Assembly (NCBI GenBank): GCA_963705505.1
Contig: CAVPJU010000006.1
Coordinates: 332,446-396,445 of the forward strand
Direction of reading: 5' to 3'
Length of the DNA stretch: 64,000 nt
DNA from: an uncultured bacterium
GTDB taxonomy: Bacteria; Desulfobacterota_D; UBA1144; Nemesobacterales; UBA2774
Position numbers and translations under genes: made by a program. Numbering within the stretch: the stretch's first letter is position 1; each line of letters opens with the position of its first letter. Of this stretch, positions 10,371 through 18,278 are shown piece by piece. Under the pieces are notes generated by a model. It ran no database searches. It was given only the letters and a program-made list of their open reading frames with translations, and was not told the DNA's origin.

Positions 10371-11165
10371 TCATCCCCGATTGATTTCCGCAAAAGCTCG
10401 AACGCACTTTTCGCAGAGGTTCCCTTCATATTGAATTCTCAATACCTCTTCCTGCCAGTGGGAATTATATAAACAGCATTCCGGGTCATCACAGAACTCA
10501 TTCCCCGTTAATTCGTAATTGACCGCCTGAAGGGCATAAGAGCATAGAATAGAAGACGTCTTTGGATCGCCGCATTCGATAAATCTCCCTTTGTACATCC
10601 GGTCAAGCTCCTCCGTATCCCTTCCGCTTCTGATTAAGCCGCCTTTGATAAAGTAGTACTCCCTCGGCCTGGCCGGAGCCTCCACGAGCCCGGAAGTCGA
10701 AATGAGCGAAGGGCTTCCTGCCAGGATCACCCTGGCATGGTATCGCCTCATATCGAATGTGCCGAATAAACGTCCCGTGAAAATCATGTGCAGGAAACCT
10801 CTCCCCGCCTCTCCGGGAGCCTTTTGAGAGAGGGCATTGTGCAGGATCCTCTGGATCCAGAGCCCGTCATAGAATTCCCCCCTCACGTCTTCGAGACCCG
10901 ACATCTTCCTCAGCTCAGAATTCGTCTCCACGGATTCGGGGGGGCGGATCTCATCGAGCGGGCTCTCTATATCTTTAATTTTTGATGCGGCCAGGAGCTC
11001 CGCTGTGCGGTGCAAGCCGTCGTCTGTATGATCCAGAAACGAAAAGAGGCCGCCCCGGATTTCAGTCCGGATCCCGAACCTCTCCAGACGCTCGGCTATT
11101 ACTTCTGTGTTTAGTGATTCGGACGGGTAATCGGTATATATAAATACGGTCAGACTTCGGTCCAT
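10371..11165 (-). CDS. Archaemetzincin-like (peptidase M54-like) protein with the HEXXH motif replaced; retains the C-terminal Cys4 site
   Basis: C-terminus ...YALQAVNYELTGNEFCDDPECCLYNSH...(17)...LCEKC follows the AmzA pattern HEXXHXXGX3CX4CXMX17CXXC, but A/V/E occupy the His/Glu/His positions. Confidence 0.5.
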   Translation of the reverse strand: MDRSLTVFIYTDYPSESLNTEVIAERLERFGIRTEIRGGLFSFLDHTDDGLHRTAELLAASKIKDIESPLDEIRPPESVETNSELRKMSGLEDVRGEFYDGLWIQRILHNALSQKAPGEAGRGFLHMIFTGRLFGTFDMRRYHARVILAGSPSLISTSGLVEAPARPREYYFIKGGLIRSGRDTEELDRMYKGRFIECGDPKTSSILCSYALQAVNYELTGNEFCDDPECCLYNSHWQEEVLRIQYEGNLCEKCVRAFAEINRG

Positions 11166-11207
11166 AAGGGAATCGTTGCAACCAATGGAAAGTATGAATT
11201 TTCAATT

Positions 11208-11672
11208 TTATGGTGAAATTTCGGCAATGAGCTCTACTTCCACGGGGGCGTTCATGGGAAGCTCGGCCACTCCCACAGCCGCGCGCGCATGGCGTCCGGC
11301 TTCACCGAAGACCTGATACAGTAGGTCCGACGCGCCGTTTATCACATTCGCCTGATTGTGAAAGCCCGGCGCGCTTGCGACGTAGCCCGTCACCTTAACG
11401 ATCTTTTTTACCCTGCCAAGACCCCCTAACTCCTTACTCATAACGGCGAGCGCATTGACGGAAGACACCCTCGCCGCCTGCATACCCTCTTCAACCGATA
11501 CGTCTGAGCCGACCTTCCCCTCAAATAAAAGCCGTCCTCCCGATAACGGAAGCTGACCCGAAACAAAAATAAGACTCCCTGATACAGAAGCAGGCTTATA
11601 AGACCCGAGAGGTGTGGGGACGTCGGGTATCTGAATGCCGAGCTCGCTCAGGCGTTCTTCAACCTTTCCCAT
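11208..11672 (-). CDS. ridA: RidA family (YjgF/L-PSP) reactive-intermediate deaminase
   Basis: ...VSGSLIFVSGQLP...ARVSSVNALAVMSKELGGLGRVKKIVKVTGYV...AAVGVAELPMNAPVEVE. Start chosen at MGKVEE. Confidence 0.85.
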   Translation of the reverse strand: MGKVEERLSELGIQIPDVPTPLGSYKPASVSGSLIFVSGQLPLSGGRLLFEGKVGSDVSVEEGMQAARVSSVNALAVMSKELGGLGRVKKIVKVTGYVASAPGFHNQANVINGASDLLYQVFGEAGRHARAAVGVAELPMNAPVEVELIAEISP

Positions 11673-13149
11673 TTTCCCCTTCGAATTTGAGAGCGACGTA
11701 AATCGTATTCGATCCGCGCTGAATGAGGAACAGGACATTCTGTCCCGGGCTTATCGAATCCATAGATTTTTTATAATTATCGATGTTGGCGATCTTATTC
11801 TTGTTTATCTCCATTATGACGTCTCCGGGCTCGAGTCCCGCATTCTCGGCAGTACTTCCGGGCTCGACATTGGTGATTATGACGCCTTCCCTGATATCCG
11901 TCTGGAACATCCTCTGCACCTGCGGCGAAATTTCCTGAACAACCAAACCTAACCCCTGTTCGACCGCTTTACCCGTTAACTTTCTCGAACTCTCGGCGAC
12001 TTCCTCCGGGAGCTCCCCGAGTTTTATATTAAGGGTCTTTGTCTCGCCGTTTCTGAGTACCTTTAATTGAGTGCTCGTCCCGGGTGCATATGAAGCGACG
12101 GACTTCGGAAGTTCCTGCATGTCCTGTATTGCATTACCGTTAAACTCGACGATAATATCGCCCCTCTGAACGCCCGCCTTCTCGGCAGGGCCTCCCGGCG
12201 TAACGTCGGCTACAAGGGCGCCCTGGTGATTCTGGAGATTAATGCTCTCGGCGATCTCGGGCGTAATCTGCTGCACATAAACGCCGATCCAGCCGCGGAC
12301 CACCTTTCCGCTGTCACGGAGCTGGGCAACGACAACCTTCGCCATATTGATGGGTATGGCGAAGCCTATGCCCTGCCCGCCGGCTATTATCGCGGTATTC
12401 ACCCCTATGACCTCACCGTTAAAGTTAAACAGCGGGCCGCCGCTGTTCCCGGGGTTGATTGCGGCATCGGTCTGAATAAAGTCGTCATACGAACCGAGCC
12501 CGAGCGACCTTCCCTTTGCGCTTATAATTCCTGCCGTTACGGTATTTCCCAGCCCGAACGGGTTCCCGATCGCGAGCACCCAGTCGCCTATCTCGAGCCC
12601 GTCGGAATTGCCGAACCTGACAGCGGGTAATTTTCTCTTGGGATCTATCTTGAGGAGAGCAAGATCGGTCTTAGGGTCGGTCCCCACCACCTCTGCGTGA
12701 TATACTTCTCCGTTCTCAAGTATCACCTTTATGTCCGTGGCCCTTTCAACAACATGGTTGTTGGTAATAATGTATCCGTCTTCACTGAAGATGAACCCCG
12801 ATCCCAGTCCCCTGCCCTTAAACTCCCTCTCGGGCGAGTCCCCGAAGAACTTATCGAAGAAATCGTTGAACTGGTCGTTTTCTTTGCCCTCGAACGGGGA
12901 TTCATACGAGAAACTCCTTCCCTTGGATACGCTGGTAGTGCTTATGTTTACGACCGACGGGGTCAATTTTTTCACGAGCGGGGCCAGGGAATTAAAACCG
13001 TACTGCTGGGCCTGGGCCGTCTGATAAAACACCCCGATAGCTATGAGAAAAAATGTGGAAATTATCGATATTCTTGCCAACCTTACCATTGCTCGAACTA
13101 CCTCCGAATTAAACAATTGATTTTTTATTGGGTTAAATGAATCTTTCAC
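11659..13149 (-). CDS. htrA: Periplasmic serine endoprotease DegP/HtrA family (trypsin domain + 2 PDZ)
   Basis: Signal peptide, catalytic GNSGGPLFNFNGEVIGVNTAI, and two PDZ-like segments. An alternative start is MVRLARI (about 13059). Confidence 0.9.
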   Translation of the reverse strand: MKDSFNPIKNQLFNSEVVRAMVRLARISIISTFFLIAIGVFYQTAQAQQYGFNSLAPLVKKLTPSVVNISTTSVSKGRSFSYESPFEGKENDQFNDFFDKFFGDSPEREFKGRGLGSGFIFSEDGYIITNNHVVERATDIKVILENGEVYHAEVVGTDPKTDLALLKIDPKRKLPAVRFGNSDGLEIGDWVLAIGNPFGLGNTVTAGIISAKGRSLGLGSYDDFIQTDAAINPGNSGGPLFNFNGEVIGVNTAIIAGGQGIGFAIPINMAKVVVAQLRDSGKVVRGWIGVYVQQITPEIAESINLQNHQGALVADVTPGGPAEKAGVQRGDIIVEFNGNAIQDMQELPKSVASYAPGTSTQLKVLRNGETKTLNIKLGELPEEVAESSRKLTGKAVEQGLGLVVQEISPQVQRMFQTDIREGVIITNVEPGSTAENAGLEPGDVIMEINKNKIANIDNYKKSMDSISPGQNVLFLIQRGSNTIYVALKFEGENGKG

Positions 13150-13310
13150 GCCGATACCACCGGATATCTAAATTATAAGATGTAATACACAAGATGTAAT
13201 ACTTCGTATAAAATACAAGTAAAATTATAACTGACGATTTGATTTCGTGTAGTAAAAATTGTCGGACAGGGCACCAAAAAAACCAAATATATAAGGGTAG
13301 TTAAGCCGAT

Positions 13311-14501
13311 TTATATGGGCTCTTTAAGCATTGTGTCCCAGTATTTGACGTGAAGCCTGTTTGAGTAAAAACGCATGACGAAATTTCTTATGTAAGACAG
13401 CATGCGGCTGTCGGCAAAAGCGACCCTTCCCATCATGCGCGATTGATCCTGAATCTTGTTAACACGCGGACGCCTTCTCAACTCATAACTTTCAAGAGCG
13501 TGGACGATATATTGGGAGTCGGTCCTGGACAGCTCGTCCGCAAGAACGGCCGCCGACTCAATTGCCATAGACACCCCGCCGCCGGCAGTGGGCAATACGG
13601 CATGCGCGGAGTCTCCTACCAGGACGACCCTTCCCTTGTACCATTTATCCATTCTCAAGTCGTTGTAATCGTCATGGTAGATCTGACTCGGGTCGTTGAG
13701 CTCGGCCAATATGTCAGGCACGATGCCGCCAAAATCCTTGAAATGCTCTTCTATGCGGCTCACCCTTTCCTCGACCGGGTCCGGCACGCTCTTCGGGCTT
13801 CTTATGCTCGTAAACACGGACAGGCGGTCTCTCGTAGGCCAGATGCCTAAAAACTTTCCCGTACCCCAGTACTCGGCAATATGAGCCTTTTTCAGCAGGC
13901 TCGACTTGACCCAGAAGCTCCAGCCCTTCATGCCGCTGTATGTCAGAGGCACATGGCCGAATACCATATTGCGGGTCTTCGAACGAACGCCGTCACATCC
14001 GACTACCAGGTCGAACGCCTCTTCCTTTCCGTCGCTGAAAGTAACATATACCTCGTCCCCGGTCTGATGAATCTTTTCAACCGTGGTATTCATGCGAATG
14101 GTGTCGGGGTCAACGGCCTCCCTCAGAACATTTATCAGCTCGGGTCTGTATATGCTGATCATGGGACCGTATTTTTCGGTTACCGTTTGAACAGAATACG
14201 AGCGAAGCATCTCGCCTCTTTCATTCCAGACATTGTATGTGGAAAACGGGAGCCCGGCATCGAGCAATTTGCGGTAAAGACCGAGCCCTTTTAAGATTCG
14301 GCTTCCGGAAGGCCAGAGCACGATGATATACCCCACGTTCCCGTATTCAAGAATTTGCTCGGCAACAGTCGGTCTGAACCCTCTTTGACGGAGAAGGCCC
14401 GCAAGCGTCAGTCCCGATATCCCGCCGCCGACGATAAGGATACGCATCTCGGGCCCGTACCGGACAGGCAGGCTGTATTTTTCTGGATCCGCTAGCTTCA
14501 T
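13311..14501 (-). CDS. FAD-dependent monooxygenase (UbiH/salicylate-hydroxylase-like flavoprotein)
   Basis: Rossmann MRILIVGGGISGLTLAGLL, DG.RS..R and a GD..H..P motif (VLVGDSAHAVLPTAGGG). The start is ambiguous (TTG at 14579, ATG near 14501, or near 14447 at MRILIV). Confidence 0.75.
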   Translation of the reverse strand: MKLADPEKYSLPVRYGPEMRILIVGGGISGLTLAGLLRQRGFRPTVAEQILEYGNVGYIIVLWPSGSRILKGLGLYRKLLDAGLPFSTYNVWNERGEMLRSYSVQTVTEKYGPMISIYRPELINVLREAVDPDTIRMNTTVEKIHQTGDEVYVTFSDGKEEAFDLVVGCDGVRSKTRNMVFGHVPLTYSGMKGWSFWVKSSLLKKAHIAEYWGTGKFLGIWPTRDRLSVFTSIRSPKSVPDPVEERVSRIEEHFKDFGGIVPDILAELNDPSQIYHDDYNDLRMDKWYKGRVVLVGDSAHAVLPTAGGGVSMAIESAAVLADELSRTDSQYIVHALESYELRRRPRVNKIQDQSRMMGRVAFADSRMLSYIRNFVMRFYSNRLHVKYWDTMLKEPI

Positions 14502-14662
14502 TTTTTTATTGCCGGATATTTTTTGAAACAACATCAAAAATATATCAATATAGAGGAAATAGCAAAACCTTTTATACAAGTTAGTATACCCGGCGAAAAC
14601 CGGGGTATATGAATAACAAACAATCGATTAAATAAGGAAGCCGACAATTATTTTAGTCGGGC

Positions 14663-15067
14663 TCAGTACTGAGGCGCTTCCCCTGAAGTTTCCCCGCATA
14701 TCTCAAGCTCGAGTCCATCGGGGTCGAGGAAGTGGTAAGCCTTAATTTTGCCGTCCTCACTCATTTTTTCTTCGATGAAATTAACGCCCCTTTCCCTGAG
14801 CAGCCCGCTTGCCTTTTCAATGTCGTCCACAAAAAAGGCGATATGATTCACCCCCTCTACGGAGTCACCCGCAACGCGGCGCCGTCCATTATCCTCCGCA
14901 AGCGCGAGGATCGCCTTCTTATCCGTTCCGATAAAAGTTTTTTTCCGGCCCCCTTCCGGACGGCCGTCCTTTATCAGTTTCAATCCCAGAACGTTGGTAT
15001 AAAATTCAATCGCCCGATCCATATCGCTTACTATAACGGCGATATGGTCGAGGCCCTTTATGAGCAT
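14663..15067 (-). CDS. VOC family protein (glyoxalase / bleomycin-resistance / dioxygenase fold)
   Basis: MLIKGLDHIAVIVSDMDRAIEFYTNVLGL... and ...GVNHIAFFVDDIEKA... are tandem betaalphabetabetabeta modules. Confidence 0.7.
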   Translation of the reverse strand: MLIKGLDHIAVIVSDMDRAIEFYTNVLGLKLIKDGRPEGGRKKTFIGTDKKAILALAEDNGRRRVAGDSVEGVNHIAFFVDDIEKASGLLRERGVNFIEEKMSEDGKIKAYHFLDPDGLELEICGETSGEAPQY

Positions 15068-15127
15068 CTTCCCGCCGATAATATTACGTATCCACTCCAT
15101 ATGCCAGCTTCCCCGCGATTTACAGGC

Positions 15128-16348
15128 TTAACCGACCCTTAATCTCTTTATCAATATCCATCCCACCGCCGCAACGACGATAACTATAAAGGCAGCCATA
15201 ATCAAGTAGCTTCTCGTGACCGTGAACAGCAAATTAGGCTTCACCTCAATCACTTTCTGGAACAGAGGATATTCCTTCGACATTTCGTTGTAGTCCGCGT
15301 CTTCCGCCATGATCTCGATCGATAGAAGGAGCGACTGAAACCCGCTCTTCGAGGGAGCTACCTTCCACTTCCATGTCGATGTCGAATTCTCCGTCACCTG
15401 CTTGGTCATTCCGGTATCCTCCGCGGGAAATACCTCCTCCACTCCGTCCGTTTCGGTAACCGGCCGTATGTCGAATCCGCGCCCTTTTAAGCTCAGGCCG
15501 ATGTTCTGCCCCAACCTGACTTTATCGAATCCCTGGGCACTCATGCCGTTCAGAGCGTCGGACAAGCCCTTTAAAAAAGAATACGACAGCTCAACCTCGA
15601 CGTCGTATGACTCTCCTATGCTCATTTCCCTGGGAGCGTCGAATACAATCCGTCCCGGCGCAAGTTTCCTCATGGAATTCTCGATCGCCTTCTCCAGATC
15701 AGGCGGAGGCGCCGACAATTCTACGACAGCCGGAGCCAGGGGTTCCTGAGCCGGCTCGTCCTGAGCCGTATTTTCCGCGGCAACTCCCCGCGGGGCCTGT
15801 CCCTCCGGTTCTGATGCAGGAGCGGGAGACACCTCGGGAACATGGGTGGAAGGCGGCGGTGTCGAAGGAGGGCTTTCCGCATGGGAGGATTCGAGAACGA
15901 TGTGCACCCTCCTGTTTCGCTTGAGGGATTCCTCGTCAATGCCGCTATCGAATTTATCCGTCTTGCCGTTCCCCCGGGCTTTTACCCTCCCGGGCCCGAT
16001 ACCCTGGCTGATATAGAATTTCCTTACAGCCTCCGCTCTCAGTCTCGACAAGTTAAGATTATATTGCTCCTCTCCGGTTATATCCGAATACCCCTCGATA
16101 ACAACTATAAGACCGGGGTCATTCTTTAATAAAGTCACGTTCTCCTTCAGTTTGGATTCGTCTTCAGGCGGGACACCGTGCTCATTCAGGTTAAAGAAAA
16201 CATCCGTCGTGTCCTGCAAATTTTGCGCGGACGCGGCCGGGATGAACTCATTCGGCTCCGTCATGAGGGGGCTGAGGTACGAGGATATCAATATAAGTAT
16301 AAGTACGCGGAACCCCCTGCCGCCGCCCGATTTTATAGTTCGACCCAT
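15128..16348 (-). CDS. OmpA-like peptidoglycan-binding domain protein with unusual layout: signal peptide, OmpA_C-like domain, Pro-rich linker, unknown domain, C-terminal TM anchor
   Basis: ...LIVVIEGYSDITGEEQYNLNLSRLRAEAVRKFYISQGIGPGRVKARGNGK... is an OmpA/MotB C-domain signature. There is a PSTPPPSTHVPEVSPAPASEPEGQAP linker and the C-terminus is LIMAAFIVIVVAAVGWILIKRLRVG. Confidence 0.6.
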   Translation of the reverse strand: MGRTIKSGGGRGFRVLILILISSYLSPLMTEPNEFIPAASAQNLQDTTDVFFNLNEHGVPPEDESKLKENVTLLKNDPGLIVVIEGYSDITGEEQYNLNLSRLRAEAVRKFYISQGIGPGRVKARGNGKTDKFDSGIDEESLKRNRRVHIVLESSHAESPPSTPPPSTHVPEVSPAPASEPEGQAPRGVAAENTAQDEPAQEPLAPAVVELSAPPPDLEKAIENSMRKLAPGRIVFDAPREMSIGESYDVEVELSYSFLKGLSDALNGMSAQGFDKVRLGQNIGLSLKGRGFDIRPVTETDGVEEVFPAEDTGMTKQVTENSTSTWKWKVAPSKSGFQSLLLSIEIMAEDADYNEMSKEYPLFQKVIEVKPNLLFTVTRSYLIMAAFIVIVVAAVGWILIKRLRVG

Positions 16349-16653
16349 CCTCCGCCTCGGCTGGACCATTTAATGAACAGGAACAGCTAAATTGATAATT
16401 ACCATTATCTCACTTTAATCAATCCATTGTCAATAAGGACGGCGGCGTATCGATACCCTGCCTGTATAAGATAACGGGAAAAGGCGCACGCATGAGCGTT
16501 CCTTCCTCAAAGAGCGGCTTAAGCGATTTCAGCGGGGGGACACATGGATGCGTACTGTATCAGGCCTATTAAAATAAAAACGGTTTTCGGCTCAGGTGTT
16601 ATACTAATTTCAGGGCTGACTCAGGGCAAGAATGCAGGATTTATTGAAGCGGC

Positions 16654-17817
16654 TTGATACGAATGAGTAAAGACTATCGATTGACGGTATATGACTCCAT
16701 TTCAGATATAGACAGGAGCCTGTACAACGAGATTATAGACGGGGAAAATCCCTTCCTGGAGTATGAATTCCTCGAAGCAATGGAGAGATCCGGCTGCGTC
16801 GGTCCGCACACCGCATGGAAACCCAGACACATAATACTAAACGACGCCGACAGGATTGCCGGAGCGATTACCGCCTATGTGAAGCTTGACTCGTACGGCG
16901 AATATATATTCGACTGGGAATGGGCAAGGGCATTCGAGAACGCGAGACTCGCGTACTATCCCAAGATGGTCGTCGCAATCCCGTTTACCCCCGCGACCGG
17001 AATGCGCATTTCCGTACACCCCGACTACCCATTCGAAGAATGCGCCGGAATGATGGTCGAGCGTTTGAAAGACCTGTGCGCCGAGGAGGAATGCTCCTCG
17101 ATCCATTTTCTCTTCTTAACGGATAAAGAGCGCGTCTTTCTGGAAAAGGCGGGTTTCCTTACGAGAATCACCCACCAGTACCACTGGAAAAACAGGAATT
17201 ACGGCTCCTTCGAGGATTTTCTTTCCGACATACGGTCGGGCAGGAAAAAACAGATAAGGAAAGAAAGAAAATCACTAGAGGAGGAAGGGCTCGATATACG
17301 AATTATCGAGAAGGACGACATTCAAAGCGGGCATATCGACGCAATCTGGGAGTTCTACACTGACACTCATTCGAGAAAATGGGGGAGCGCTTATCTGAAC
17401 AGGGAATTTTTCGATCTCATGTTCGAGAACTACAGGCACCGACTCGTGCTCGTCATGGCGGATAACGGCAAGAGGTGGGTCGGAGGAACTTTCAACATCG
17501 TGAAGAACAACAGGCTCTTCGGACGTTACTGGGGGACAATTCACAACTATAAAAATCTCCATTTCGAATGTTGTTTCTACAGATTAATAGATTATTCTAT
17601 AAGAAACGGGATCGATATTTTTGAGGCGGGCGCGCAGGGCGAGCATAAATTTTTAAGGGGCTTTGCGGCTGTTCCTACTTACAGCTCGCACCTGTTTCCG
17701 CACGAGGGCGCTAGCAGCGCCATAAGCAAGTATCTGATAAGAGAAAGGAGGTACACGGAAAATCTTATCACGCAGTACAACACGCAGTCACCTCTTAAAT
17801 ATCTCCACGGTGAGTAG
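16654..17817 (+). CDS. FemAB-like/GNAT-fold protein (PF04339 / DUF482, COG3146-like)
   Basis: ...FLEYEFLEAMERSGCVGPHTAWKPRHIIL... is a characteristic N-terminus of this family; length about 387 aa. Confidence 0.65.
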   Translation: MIRMSKDYRLTVYDSISDIDRSLYNEIIDGENPFLEYEFLEAMERSGCVGPHTAWKPRHIILNDADRIAGAITAYVKLDSYGEYIFDWEWARAFENARLAYYPKMVVAIPFTPATGMRISVHPDYPFEECAGMMVERLKDLCAEEECSSIHFLFLTDKERVFLEKAGFLTRITHQYHWKNRNYGSFEDFLSDIRSGRKKQIRKERKSLEEEGLDIRIIEKDDIQSGHIDAIWEFYTDTHSRKWGSAYLNREFFDLMFENYRHRLVLVMADNGKRWVGGTFNIVKNNRLFGRYWGTIHNYKNLHFECCFYRLIDYSIRNGIDIFEAGAQGEHKFLRGFAAVPTYSSHLFPHEGASSAISKYLIRERRYTENLITQYNTQSPLKYLHGE

Positions 17818-17933
17818 ACAAGAAATGTTCTATACTTAAATTAATTCAGGCGGGCAATGATGGGAGAAAAAGGGTCGGGAGCTCCAGCTACCGAGATCAG
17901 TTACAATAAGCACCGAATGATCCGAGGCGGATA

Positions 17934-18278
17934 GTGATGGAAGACGGCAAAATATTTCGGGGAGATCTGGAAGGAGACCTTCTTGAAGAAGAAAGGGCCA
18001 GACTTAAGAGGCCCGACATGTACAGAATAGTGCTTCTGAACGATGATTTCACTCCGAGGGAGTTTGTAGTATGGGTTTTGATGAGAGTCTTTTTCAAGGG
18101 ACAGGATGAATCCACAAGAATAATGCTCGAAGCACATACCTCCGGCCAAAGCATGGTGGGGGTATATACATACGACGTAGCGACTACAAAAATCGTACAG
18201 GTGGACAAGCTGGCCAAACAATACGAACACCCTTTGAAATGCATACTTGAGGTAGAGACGGGCGGTGAGGAAGAATGA
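17934..18278 (+). CDS. clpS: ATP-dependent Clp protease adaptor ClpS
   Basis: ...PDMYRIVLLNDDFTPREFVVWVLMRVFFK...; overlaps clpA by 4 nt. Confidence 0.9.
   Translation: MMEDGKIFRGDLEGDLLEEERARLKRPDMYRIVLLNDDFTPREFVVWVLMRVFFKGQDESTRIMLEAHTSGQSMVGVYTYDVATTKIVQVDKLAKQYEHPLKCILEVETGGEEE

Noticed and set aside
15402-16129. Several + strand ORFs (115, 105 and 95 aa) inside the OmpA-like gene, and many minus-strand ORFs inside hppA, clpA, uvrA and acs
   Set aside because: They are antisense to genes with strong family signatures and have no features of their own. They are artefacts of GC-rich coding sequence.
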